Below, piece by piece: positions 13,643 to 27,379 of a stretch of 64,000 bases of DNA; within the stretch, counting starts at the first letter, position 1, and each line of letters starts with the position of its first letter. This DNA is from the human T2T-CHM13v2.0 reference genome, Homo sapiens. The stretch lies in NCBI RefSeq assembly GCF_009914755.1, contig NC_060935.1; one strand, 5' to 3'. A program made the translations under genes and the position numbers. Below the pieces are notes generated by a model that was given only the letters and a program-made list of their open reading frames with translations, was not told the origin of the DNA and searched no databases.

Positions 13643-15409
13643 GGAATGACCCTGCTTATGAGGCCTTGAGCGCTACAGCAGGGAAGGAAGGAGGTGGCGG
13701 GAAGGAGGAGGGACGTGGGGATTTGAGTATGTCTGTAGGGGTGGCGTGCGGGGGGTGCACAATCTGCCTGTGGCAAGCCCCTGACATCTCCCGGGACAAC
13801 ACCAGCCGGGAAACATTTCTAAAGAAGGTCTCGGCAGCGAGGAATGATGTAAGGGCTGATTTCTACTTAGGAAAAGTGTCCAAAGAGAACAAGAGGAAGG
13901 GAAAAAATGAGAAACCCTGAGAAGGGTCTTAAAGAGTCTGCTCCTCTCCTGTCACCGACTCTTCCTCCTTCTGGTATAAGAGGCACTGTGTTTTATTTAC
14001 TGAAAATTCTGATGAATGCGAGAAGGAATAGAATTCAGCCAGATTCTCAGGGCTACTGGGTGGTGGGCGGGCACCTCTCAGCCTGGGCAGGCGCTGATTC
14101 CTGCAGAACAAAAAATGGCTGTGAAATGCCCACTTGGGAAGGGGTGGCAGAGCCTCCTCAGCCACAGCACCTACTCCTGGGGCTTAGTCCAAGGCAGAAC
14201 AATCCTATCCATGCTGCCAGTGGTTCCCCTGCTGTCAACAGGGGTTATCATATCAATAAACCCACAAATAATTGCCTCCACCAACTACTCAATTTCCCAG
14301 AGAAGCTAATCCCTGAGGAGGAGAAAAGAAAGAGCTAATGAACCACATCATCAGAAGGCAAAGCAGAAGGAAAATCTCTCCTGGAAAAGTCAAGGCAGCA
14401 CAGGCTTCTCCGTGAGATGATAACGCAACTGCGTGTGTGACTGGGACAGACTCGTAGCTGCAAAGTAGACCGAGGAGGCCGGGAATCAAGGGGTGGCGGG
14501 AGAAGGAAAGAGAATCAGCTTTTTGCCCTGTGCGCCTCATGAAATGAATGATCAAAAGTAAATTACAGACTTGCAAATGGGTGGTTAACGACTGAGACAA
14601 TATGAGTGCAGGGAGAAGCTCATCAGAACACACTGGGCAAGAGCAGGGGAGCGGAGTGCTGAATACAAATGCTTGCCGCAAAACCGAGCATCAGCGCACA
14701 CGGCCCCCAGCGGAGGGACGGGTCATTCCCCACACCTGTCAGGGGCGAGGGGAGAACGTGCTTGTGGAGCCTTCTTTCAAAGGAGGGGTAGAGGAAGAGA
14801 CTGCATGGAGAGAAAGAACAGCGGAGAGGAAAAACACCAATGTCACGGAGCCCCCAGCTCCCTGGGAAGCTGATGAGACCAGCCCTTTCTTCCCTAGACA
14901 GTGGGGTGGGACATCACTGGCAGCTGGACAGGAATGGAGAGCTATTTGTAGCTGGGGTGGTGGGTGGGTAGGAGAGGCTGAGGGAGATAGGTGAATTCTT
15001 TGTAGCAATTCACTGGTTCTGGACCCATGGCTGCTCTGAGTTGTAGAAGTCATTGAAAGGAGTGAGGCTGGGGTCGGGGAGCTCCAGAGTCACATAGGAT
15101 CCTGGTGAAGCCCTGTCAGCTGCTTAGTCCTTCAGCTGCTGCTCATGCCCTGGGAATTTCAATGAAAGCTGGAGAGCTCAAATGTGGGGAGTGTTTTACT
15201 GGGAAGGAAGGTGCCAAGGCAGAGCCATGCTACCATAGAGGAATGCGGGCCATATGTATTTCTAGGGGTGAGCACCCATGTAGCAACCTCTCCACTACTT
15301 TGTGACAGAATGAGGGATTTAGTGAACCATTAGAGCTGGCTTCTCCAAAGACCAATCCTACTGCATACTACAGAGCTCTATGCATTCTGTGGACCGTGGT
15401 TAATCATGA

Positions 15410-15925
15410 AATGCGTACGTTTGAACCCTTACGATGTACCAGGTACTCTGCTAGGTGCCAAGGGTACACAAACGGTTCTAATTTGTCCCTGCATTTAGGA
15501 AGCTTCCAGTACAGTAGGGAAGATGGATATACAAATAATTCAGGAATAATTGCATTATAACAGAAGAATTGCAACATGCAGTTCTTTTCCCAGAGGAGAA
15601 AAGGACAGCTAACGCTGAGCACCGTGGGAAGCGTTACAGAGGAGGTGGCGTAAGATCCGGGTCTTAAAGTGCCAGATGAGGGTGTGGGGCGAGGGTGGCA
15701 GCAGAGGACAGAGTGTACACAGGCACAGAGTTGGGGAAAGAACATGAGGTGCTTAGAGAATGGCAAGCAGTGTAATGTGGCTTGAGAGTAGGAGATGAGT
15801 GTAGGGGTGAATCCGGAAACTTAGACTGAGGATAGATTGGAGAAGGTCTGTAAGTCATTCCAGAGAGACTGGACCACCTAAAGTTCCTAAGTAGGGGAAG
15901 GGCATGCTGCTGTCTGTGTTTGAAA
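15410..15925 (-). mobile_element. L2 LINE
   Basis: atgtaccaggtactctgctaggtgcc...gtccctgcatttaggaagcttccagt. Confidence 0.7.
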
Positions 15926-17039
15926 GTCCTCCCTAGCCATGGGGGATTCACACACACAGAGATGCCTGGGGACATTGGTCCTTCGGCAATTGGGTACATC
16001 GGCTGTGCCAGGTGCCTACCTGTGTATGGATAGGGACATGTGCAGGAGGAGCAGCATGGGAAGAGTAGATTGGCAGGGAGAGGCTAGCCATGGGTACAGA
16101 TGTCTCATTCTACATGAGGGAGAGCCACCTACCCCATGCAGGCTAGAGCCAGCCACACATTAGGCTCTTTCCTGAAGAGCACCTGCTCTTCGGGCTTAAC
16201 TGGTAAATGCCAATACAAAGGGTGTAGGAATGCAGAGCAAAAGAGAGCTATAGGCAAGTCAAAGCAGTCACGTTGGCATCTGCCCATAAATTGCCTTAAG
16301 AATCAGGAAATCAAGAAGCTTTCCAATAGGTCTGAATTTCTGATAAATTAGCCAAGACAACTAAGATGGTCTCTTTGCTCCTCTTATCACTTAGGCATGA
16401 CATTTGCCCTGATTTAATTTTCATGTGTTGACATTTGCAAAGGATGTTGGGACTGGAATCCTTTTGCTCTCCTGGCATGCTACTATTTAATTGAATCCCA
16501 TTGATCCTGTAGGTCACGGTTTAAGTGTCACTTCCTCAGAAGAACCTTTCTCAGCTCCACAGGCTGGCTCTGGCTCTCTCGTTTTGTGTCTCTCCTATCT
16601 CTTCAGCAATGGTCTGTTTTAGATCCTTTATTATTGTTTTCCCCTCTAATTTCTACTTCAAAACACATCCACCCAATGATGCATTCTCCCAAGGCTTAGG
16701 AGCTGGCTAAACGACTGACTGAAGCCGGAAATACACAGATGAAAAATGTAATGTTAGGACTGCCCTTGGCTAAGTGTGTTGCTTAAGTGAAAGGGGGTGG
16801 TTAATACTTTGGATTTCAGGCATTTGTCATTAACTTATGAGAGGTCCTTATTCCCCAGTGGAAAGGGCCACCCAATGCAAAGGGAAAGAATGGGAACATA
16901 TTTGACTTGGTGGATCTTCTCCATCATCTCTCAAATTCCACAGTATTACTATATGTCCCCAAGAGACCCTCGTATTTCTGATAGCTCTATCACTTCCAAG
17001 GCATTGGCTGGAACATATGGCTCCATCCCAAATGAACAG

Positions 17040-17520
17040 CTACAACCGTTGCTTGCCAGCTTCATTCTCCACTCCTTCCTTTTAAAGATGAGTGTGTTAG
17101 GAGCAGCAAAATATCCAGTTATGTCTCCTAGCTTCCTTTGTACCTGGAGGTAGACATGTAACACATTTATGGCCCATAAGATGTCAGTGGAAGTCATTCT
17201 GCAAGGCTTTTGAAAAGGTTTAAGGAAAACTGTTTAAGGGAACTAGACTCAGCTGGCACATGTACCTTTTCCACTTCCCACATGCTGGAACTAGGATGTG
17301 GTGACTGGAGCTGGAGCAGCAATCTTGCAACCATGCGGCAAACACCAAGTGAATTCCAGCAACCTTTGCTTTGACACTTTTGAGCCAGTAAATCAATGTT
17401 AGCAACTGGCCACATCTGGATTTCTCATTAAGTGAGAAAAATTAACACCAATCTTGTGTAAACCACCATATTTTGGAGTTTTCTGTTACATGTAGTAAAA
17501 CTGAGTCCTGAGCTGATGCA
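17040..17520 (+). mobile_element. MaLR LTR (MLT1J-like)
   Basis: gactggagctggagcagcaatcttgcaaccatg...ttttctgttacatgtag...ctgatgCA. Confidence 0.7.
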
Positions 17521-18225
17521 CCCATCCATCCATTATGGTTTGCAAATTATCTTAGTGAGTGAGTCAGTCAATGTTTGTTGAGTGCCTACTATGTATGGCA
17601 CTGGGTTGGGCCCTAGGAGACATCTCTTTCTCAAATTATATGAACACCAATAAACAAGTGCATTTGCCTTATGTGGGTCTACAGGACCCTGCTAGACCAA
17701 GCTCCTGCCTCCCTCTCTCATACCATACTTCATTTCCTGCCATTTTCTCCTCTTTTCCTGCAACGAGCTCTAGTCCCACTGGTCAAATCTGTGGAGCACA
17801 GTTTTTCTGGGGTCAGGGCTTTTGGGCTTATTATTCTTTCTGCTTGGATGTGCCTCCCTTCCTCTCCCTCTCTCACCCAGCTCTCTGCAGGGCTTCTCAA
17901 GACTTCCATAAATGCCACCACCTAACCTTGACTGTACATCCAAAGCAAGCCCTTTCCTCTTTTCCCTATAATTTTGGATCTCAACACTATAAAAAAAAAC
18001 CATTCACAGCACAATCACAATTTGAAACTGTTTTATTAATTTTTGGTCTACATGTTTTGTTTTGTTTTACATGTTTGTCTCTCTCTCTCTCTATGTCCCG
18101 TCACCCCACCTCCACCTCATCTGAAGGCTATAGACTCTGCAAGAGCAGGACCATTTCTGTATCACCCAGCATTTTATTCTCATGGCACCTGCATAGCATC
18201 TTATGTGCTGCCAACATAAAGGGTG

Positions 18226-18603
18226 TGATATAGTTTGGCTGTGTCCCACCCAAATCTCATCTTGAATTGTAGTTCCCATAATCCCCACACGTCATGGGAG
18301 GGACCCGGTGGGAGGTAATTGACTCATGGGGGCGGTTACTCCCTTGCTGCTGTTCTCCTAATAGTGTCTGAGTTCTCAGGAGATTTGATGGTTTTATAAG
18401 GGGCTCTTCCCCCTTTTGCTTGGCACGTCTTCTTGCTGCCGCCATGTGAAGAAGGACTTGTTTGCTTCCCCTTCCACCATGATCGTAAGTTTCCTGAGGC
18501 CTCCCCAGCCACTCAGAAATGTGAGTCAATTAAACCTCTTTTGTTTATAAATTACCCAGTCTTGGGTATGTCTTTATTAGCAGCGTGAGAATGAACTAGT
18601 ACA
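18226..18603 (+). mobile_element. THE1C-like MaLR solo LTR
   Basis: TGATATAGTTTGGCTGTGTCCC start, ...gaactagtACA end, perfect 5-bp TSD GGGTG (18221-18225, 18604-18608). Confidence 0.95.
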
Positions 18604-18619
18604 GGGTGCTCAGTAAGGA

Positions 18620-19255
18620 CAGTCCATCCTCTTTATTCATGGATTTGTATTTGCAAATTTACCTACTCGCTAACATTTATTTGTAACCCCCAAAATTGAT
18701 ACCCGTAGTGATTTTGCAGTTTTTCACACATATATTCAGAGCTGTGAAAAATTTGAGTCACCCAACGTGCAAGTTCCCAACTGAGGTGGAACAAGGCGAT
18801 GCTCTGCCGTCTTGTTTCAGCTCTCAAACAAGTGTCCTTTTCTCAGTCTTTTTAGTGTTATGTTTTTCGCATTTGTGAGCTTTTCCATGGTGATTTTGTT
18901 GTTTAAAATAGTCCCCAAGCATAGCGCTGAAGTGCTGTCTAGTGATCCTATATGCAAAAGGGCTGAGATGTGCCTTAGGGACAAATACCCGTGTTAGATA
19001 AGCTTTGCCCAGGCATACATTACAGCATTACTGGCCGTGAGTTCAGTGTTAATGAATCAGCAATATATATTAAATAAGGTGTCTCTAAACAGAAACATAC
19101 ACAAAACAAGGTGACGTATTGATCCATTGACAAAAATGTACCCAAAGGCTTGCAGGAACCTAACCCGCTGCTTCCCCCTAGGAGCAAGGCTCCAGTGTTT
19201 GTTAGTTCAGTGTTCATGGTGACTTGACAGAACTACAGCACATAAGAATTAACTG
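18620..19255. mobile_element. MER82 (TcMar-Tigger derivative)
   Basis: CAGT.../...ACTG termini followed by TA. Internal Tigger transposase N-terminal remnant (PKHSAEVLSSDPICKRAEMCL) on the + strand. Confidence 0.85.
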
Positions 19256-20867
19256 TATTTGTTGATGAATGTTAAAGTTCGTGCAGGGCACCCTGGGGGC
19301 ACAGAGGAGGGAATGGGCATCCCCAGCATGCCAGCCAATGCACAGCCTGGCTGTGTTCTCTACTCTTGATCTGGCTGATATTGCTGTTGTTTATTAGTTG
19401 TTGCAGGTGGAGGGACATTTCCCTAATTCTCTTGGCACCTTCCTGCAGAAAGACTGCAGTGAGTGCCCAAGAATCCACAAGGTGCCCCGAGGTGGTGATG
19501 TTTTTGGAAAGGAAATTAAGAGCCAGCACCTCTCCATGCCTCCCTGTGTCAGACGATTACAGAGAAGAAGAATGACAAGAGAAAATGAAAAGGAAATGGG
19601 CTGACAGCCTGCAGAGTGGTATTTCAACTCCAACACAAAACATTCCCTAGTAATTGTAGAATAACCTTCATTTAAATGCAAATCAGCCTGTAATTAAGAT
19701 AAGGGACCTACCATTTGCCAGCATTTTTTTGTTGTTTCTTTTTATTTTTTAAATTTTTGGGGTGACAATTATGGTTTCTCAGTCATTCTTCTGTTTTATT
19801 GATGAGCAGTCATTATGTTTATGGATTGTGTTGTGAGTGCAATATTTGGATAACTGCAGAACAGAAATTAGTGTCACTTACTTTCAGCTGCCCCCAGCAA
19901 AAGAAAAAAAATGTGCACAGCCCGTGATGTTGACATAAGCAAAACTTCCTAAGTGGCATGGCCCTGGACGACATCAAATAATGTGCCGTCCCAGATCACC
20001 AGGAGCCTGAGACAAATGCGCTGAGTCCAGAATTACTGGGGGAAACAAACAGCTTTCCTGATGACTTCTAGCAGAGTCGCTGAGCCCTTGCAAAACACCT
20101 GCAGTTGAACCAAGCGCTTTTCCTTGGTAGAAAATGGGCAGAATAAAGATACCATTTTTAGACATCGCAATAGGATCCCCAGAAGGAAAAGATGATGACA
20201 TGACTGTGGTCTGCATGTTAGTTTGTGACACAGGAAGGTAACCTCTTTTGCTAGGTTAACACTGATCACCTCACTGTCAGCTTCTGTTAACTGTGGTTGA
20301 CTTGTACTCTGGATTAGAGAAAGTCAGATCCCTGGGTTGGACTAAACACAAAAGGGCTATTTGCAAGGTAAGCATTAATTCATTCAATAAATATACGTAT
20401 ATGTACACACACACACACACACGTATTCACATCTATCTTTATCTATCTATGTAATCTATCTGATCTCTCCCCCTCTCTCTCTCTGTCTCTGAGCATCAAC
20501 AAGTGCCAGAACTGTTCTAGATGCTTGGGTATATAGCAGTGACTCCTTTTTAGGCATAAACCTGAAACAAACCCATACAGCACATGCTGCAGACCTCTTC
20601 CACACCTGGCTGTGATTCCAGGAACCTCACCCTGAGGCCTGGTCCGGCCACCTCTACCAGTCCCCGCTGCCGCTACCAGTCCCTTTTCTGAACTTATTGA
20701 CATAGCTTGGAATGGAAGCCTCCTTTTCAGCCAGAAAGCATTGAAAACAGGGGGTTTCAGAGCAGCTGAAAGGTACAGCAAGTTCAGTGTGTTCTTTTAA
20801 TTAGCAAGGGGATTGCATTAATAGTTCATTAGCCATCACTTAATTAAAAAAACATTTTTCCCTTTAA

Positions 20868-21556
<689 letters not shown>

Positions 21557-23267
21557 TCATGCATTTTAAATGAACACACCTTGCCTGAAACGTGGTTCCA
21601 TAGCTTTCCTTGGACTCTTTATCTCTATTAAGTGTTATCTGTTTATCTGGCTATAAATGTTTCCTAGGGAACCTCAGATGCCCTTGATAGGGTTCACACA
21701 CTGCTACCGAAGACTGAAATGTGTTTGATGGATTAACTGGGGAACTTACAAAACTTTAATGTCTTTTTTTTAAGTGTCTAACTTTGTATCCTCTGGGGTG
21801 ATTGTTAACTTTAAAAGCCATTTCAAGGTTCAATAAAACTAATGGAGGTGAGATGGGCTGAGTAGAGCATTCTGATTCCTGTTCTCACCATTCTTTATCA
21901 TCCACACGATGAGCTTGCTAGCAACTCTGCAGTCTCCATGCATAATGTAAACTCATCCTTCATTTTTACTCAAATGACACCTCCTCCGTGGAGCCTTCTC
22001 TAAGATCCCCTGAGAATACTAGAATTAATTAGATGTTCTGTAAGAATAAGACATCATTCCCCCACCACCCGATGCTATTTGAATACTCCATATTTCTTGG
22101 GGTAGAAAATGGATCTTAAAATTGTTGAAATTTATTATTTGGGGAATCATATGCTGCTTCTACATTCTAAGGAGAAAGCTCAGATTTGTTCTGTGCCATT
22201 CCTTTGTCCTAGAAAGGGTCACCTTTTTAAGCATTGCTTTTATGCAGCTTTGAGGCAGATAGCACCCATCATTTTTAAGAATTCTTAAACTTAGGGGAAA
22301 TAATCTAAATTCAGATACTTCAGACTTATGTGTTAGATATTCTGTTTAATAATTAAATAAGGCTGTCTTCATATATATATTTGGAGAGGATGTCATGAAG
22401 TTAGCAAGATTTTTATTCCTCTGCTTGTGGCCAGAGAGTTGGGATGAGTTACCTGAATAAGAGGGAAGGAAAACAACTGGAAATGGCTCCTGTCCTGGTG
22501 GTCAGTGAGCCCGGGTTACCCCGCAAGACGTTGAAAAATAGGGATGACTATTTGGGCCCCTTTGGAGAGACTGGCCACTGTATTCTGGGAAAGTTGCTTA
22601 TCATAGTGTAATTTTAATTTCCCCTTTAATTCTTGTAGCTTCTTTTCCCCTAAACTTCAGTCAAGTCTTAAAAATATTACAGTTCTGTATTAGCTGTGCT
22701 TAGAGCCATAAATGGAGATATTTATATCAGCACTTTGAGGGAAAGAACACAGAGGAGCGTCAAAGCAGTGTTGATAGCATCTATGAGAAATCTGAGGTAA
22801 TGGACAGAGAAACCTGAAGCAATGACTTGGAGAAAAAGCTGCTGAACGGCAATGAAGATGGATTTGTGCAAGGTTTCAGTACTCCTGCTTGAGGAAGGGA
22901 CTAGACTGCTTGCAGTTATGTAGATGAGGGCTCAGTACAATAATTTGGTTCTATAATTTATATCCACATGAGTGATAAGCCCCACCTGCCTTTGGAGTCT
23001 GGGGAGAGAATTTACTCATACTCATTCTTTCTGTTTTCTGGCTTCTAACCAGTTAAGTGTGGATCCAAGGATCCTCATGAAGATAGAAATACAGCATTTG
23101 CTTTATTACTGACAAATCTAGTTTGGAGTATACAGGAGAATTCTGTTCTTTTAAACCTTGGAACCTGCAGGATTCTGGCAAGGACTATTAAGTTGCAGCA
23201 GGATGAAGTAGAAATGAATATAAAGCCATTTTCAGGTATCTGCAATAGACACCGTTTTAGTTTATTT

Positions 23268-23372
23268 CCTCGTGACCTAATTGCTCTTAGTGGGCTCCAC
23301 CTCCCAATATTGTTGCATTGGTGATTAGGTTTCCAACACATAAATTTTGGGAGACACACACAAATCATAGCA
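23268..23372 (-). mobile_element. MaLR LTR fragment (MST/MLT1A-like)
   Basis: gacctaattgctc...ccacctcccaatattgttgcattggtgattaggtttccaacacataaattttggg...atcatagCA. Confidence 0.7.
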
Positions 23373-23420
23373 GATACTGATACTATTGTTGAGGTTTGTT
23401 ACATACGTTCAAATTGAGCA

Positions 23421-23422
<2 letters not shown>

Positions 23423-23455
<33 letters not shown>
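23423..23455. repeat. (TA)n microsatellite
   Basis: Direct observation. Confidence 0.95.
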
Positions 23456-23458
<3 letters not shown>

Positions 23459-24352
23459 CTTATATTTTGCCATCAGAGTAAGTTCACAAATCTCCTAAAT
23501 TTCCTCCTTGGATTCCTTAAGGGTCTGTGGAGCCCAGATTAAGAAACCCTTCCCTGGGAAGAAGTTTAATGAAAAGAAAAACATCAACGAGCATTATTTT
23601 AGGGACTACCTCTCCAGGTGCATCTCCCTGGAAGGCTAAAGTTGGCCAAGGTCGGGAGGGCAGCTTCCTGGCCCCAAAGACCCTGCTGTATGCCTTACTC
23701 TGCTCCAGCTCTGCCCTGACTTGAGCTCTTTTGCTCCCTTCACCAGCTCACCACGGCCTTAGTGGCCTCCCACCGCCTGTCCCGTTCTGAATTTCACATT
23801 GTTCTTAAGTGAGAAAAGCTCATTAAATTTCCCCTCACTCTCTTCTGAAGGGAAAGCAAAACAAACACAACAAAAAATGACAGATATCTTTCTAGACGCC
23901 TACAAATTCATCTCTTTCTTGGATATTTTAGTTTCACTGTTGACAGCAGTCAGGAAACTTGGTCAGCATTCCTTCATGGATGGTTCATTAGGGATGGGGA
24001 AGAAACATCCATGACAGTCACCAACCCAACCCATTGTTTGTTGCTGTGAAAACCACAGAGCAAAGAACATGGTCAGGAAAGCACATAGTTGTTAGTGTGG
24101 GCTTCCTAATGACCTTCCTGACAAATGCAGTGGGAAAAAAGCCTCCTCTGCCACTTTGTTGCCACGTTTGTCCAATTACCTGTATTTGAACAGGTCAGAG
24201 ACTGTGAATGTCATCCTGAACCATTTAGCTGAGTACCTACTATGTGCAGGGCGCTGTATAGGGTGCTGTGCTGATTGCCAAGAAGAATTAAATGATAAAT
24301 GACAGTAAGCATCAGTCTATAGACCCTTCAGAGGATGGAGGAATACAGGTAT

Positions 24353-24772
24353 CATGATGGTTAATTGTATGTGTCAACTTGGCTGGCTAATGGTGCCTAG
24401 ATATGTGGTTAACTATTATTCTGGATGTTTCTGTGAGAGTGTTTCTGGATGTGATTGACATTTAAATTGGTGAACATTAATGAAAGCAGATTGCCCTTTA
24501 TGATGTGAATGGGTCTTATCCAGTCATTTAATGCCTAGAAGGATCAAAAGGCTGACCTCCCCTGAGCAGGGGAGACCCAGACAGCAGACAGCCTTTGGAC
24601 TTGACCTGTAACATCAGCTCCTCTCTAGGTCTCCAGCCTGATGGCCCACCCTACAGATTTTGAACTTTGCTGCCTTCATAATTTTGTGAGCCAGTTTCTT
24701 AAAATAAGTCTTTCTTTATTTGTATAGCACATTCTATTTGTTCTGTTTCTCTGGGGAGTCTTGACTAATACA
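24353..24772 (+). mobile_element. MLT2 (C/D-like) ERV-L solo LTR
   Basis: tgatggttaattgtatgtgtcaacttggctggcta start, ...gactaatACA end, TSD ggtat/gatat. Confidence 0.88.
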
Positions 24773-25025
24773 GATATCTCTACATCTTTCTCTTCCATCT
24801 GTTTTGTTACTTTTAGAGTATCCTTCCCCCACGAAATTGTCTATGTTCAGACTCTCCTATAGCAGCATTGTTCTCTATTTCCTTAGAGACTTGGTGGAGA
24901 AATTCATCTACATGTTTAATAGCAGCCTTGGATTTCTGCAAAGAGAGTCCAAGCTTGCAGAAATAGTCTTTGACTTAAAGAAAATAATAAGCAAAATGAA
25001 AATGATTATAGAATATGTAAAGATT

Positions 25026-25426
<401 letters not shown>

Positions 25427-25688
25427 TCACATAATTGGGGTAAAGAGTGATTTTCTCCTCTGATAGTACAATTATTATAATCCATGGCTACAGAGAAGGG
25501 GCTAACTCCCCCATGTCTAGTTCAGGACTGGAAAAAAATGGGGCCAACTCACAAATGGGCTTTGGTTCTGATGGTTTCCTGCTGCTCCTACTCTGTATGT
25601 TCTCTTCAGGGGCGATCATCCTAACCCATGACTTCGATGACCAATGCCATACTGATGATGCTTAGGGCCCTGACAAGCTCTGGACTCC

Positions 25689-26048
25689 TGTATTAGTCCA
25701 TTTTCACACTGATGATAAAGACATACTGGAGACTGGTTAATTTATAAGGAAAAAGAGGTTTAATGGACTCACAGTTCCACATGGCTGCTAAGGCCTCAAA
25801 ATCATGGTGGAAGGTGAAAGGCTTGTCTCACATGGTGGCAGACAAGAGAAGAAAGCTTGTGCAGGGAATCTCCCCTTTTGAAAACCATCAGATCTCGTGA
25901 TACTTATTCCCTATCATGAGAACAGCATGGGAAAGACCTGCCCCCACGATTCAATTACCTCCCATCAGGTCCCTCTCACAACAAGTGGGAATTGTGGGAG
26001 CTACAGTTCAAGATGAGACGTGGGTGGGCACACAGCCAAACTATATCA
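25689..26048 (-). mobile_element. THE1B-like MaLR solo LTR
   Basis: TGTATTAGTCCATTTTCACAC...cacagccaaactatatCA. Confidence 0.93.
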
Positions 26049-26467
26049 GCCCCAGACCCGTATGTCTTCTGTATCTTTACATCTCCTCTTGGAAGTCTCA
26101 TAGGCCTCTTTATGCTAACATGTTCAAATCTAAGTACATCATCTTTCCTACAAATTCCAGATTCTGTCTCCTTCTTGTGTCCTCTGTCTCAGCAAAGTGC
26201 TCTGCTTACCCAACTGTGTAAACCAGAAACCTGGGTTCATTAACATAGTTCAAATTTCCCTCTTCAGCTTATTTTCTTCCACTTGTTTTAGTGCAGTTTT
26301 TCATCTGCTCAGGACTGGATTATTACAACATCCCTTTCTCTCCTTCACTTTACCTTCATACGGCTGACCGCATGACCTTTCCAGTGTCCACATTGTTGTT
26401 CACCCATTTAAAATCCTTTAATGACTTTCTTTCAGTTTCAAGATAATGGTCAAACTTCACAGCATGG

Positions 26468-26812
26468 TCTATTATTTATGTATTGTTGCCTAACATATAA
26501 CCCTACAACTTAGCAGTTTAAAGCCCAAACATGGTCTCTGAGCATTAAGCATCTGGGAGTAAGCTTGTAGTCAAGCTGTCAGCTGGGGCCGCCATCTCTG
26601 AGTGCTTGACTGACTGGGAGATCTGCTTCGTAGCTTACTCACAGGATTATCGGCAGGGGTTTTCAGTTTCTTACTAATCTTGGACATGACCTGCCATCAC
26701 TTCTGCTGTGTGCTGTTGGTCATACAGACCAGCCTTGATAGAATGCAGGAGGGGACCACACCACTGTCTGAATACCAGGATCACTGTGGGTAGGGCCATT
26801 TTGGAGACTATT
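26468..26812 (-). mobile_element. MaLR LTR (MLT1F/H-like)
   Basis: caacttagcagtttaaa...gtcagctggggccgccatctc...catcacttctgctgtgtgctgttggtcatacagacc. Confidence 0.65.
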
Positions 26813-27379
26813 TTAGCTTCCGTTTCTATTGTACTTCCATATCAACCTCCATCATAACTATTAATTTCTTCCTTGTGCTCTGGATTTTAGCTATGCTAAA
26901 CTTCTAATGCATTGTGTTTTCAAAATTCTTTGTCACCACTTGCTGTTTTCTCTTCCTGAAAAATCCTTTCTATTCAATTTTTTTTTTTTGCCTGGATAAC
27001 TCTATTTTGCCTTCTATGACCCTTAACTTCCAAAAGACCTCCCCTGACATCCCTTGACTCCAACTTTAGGTCTTTCTCTAGGCTTTCATAGTGCTCCAAC
27101 TCATCTCCATTGTGCTACACTCTAGTGTGCTACTAGAGTGCACATTGTGCTACTCTACATTTTATTGTAATTATTGGTTTATGAGTCTCCTACACTCTAG
27201 TGTGATGTCCCTGAGTTGAGAGATAGTGGATTATTTATCATCCATTTTATTCCCAATATCGAAGTGCTGGAACACAATAGGAGTTTAATAAATGCGTGAT
27301 GAATGAGTGAATAAATGAATGCCGAGTTTACTGCAGAATATGAATTTTAGGGAGGAAAGAACACAAGCTCTTCTGTCAA

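Larger units (their letters stand above)
17660..19272 (+). mobile_element. L2 LINE 3' end, interrupted by THE1C and MER82
   Basis: L2 tail reassembles across the insertions: ...gctgccaacataaagggtg | ctcagtaagga | tatttgttgatgaatg. Confidence 0.7.
25590..27320 (+). mobile_element. L2 LINE, interrupted by THE1B and an MLT1 LTR
   Basis: L2-type sequence on both sides of the insertions, ending ggaacacaataggagtttaataaatgcgtgatgaatgagtgaataaatgaatg. Confidence 0.7.

Noticed and set aside
15615-15635. RE1/NRSE-like motif CTGAGCACCGTGGGAAGCGTT in L2
   Set aside because: The critical GGACAG half-site reads GGGAAG; too degenerate to call
17559-18233. Longest ORF (224 aa)
   Set aside because: Lies in L2 sequence, has a non-ATG start and shows no recognisable domain; a chance open frame
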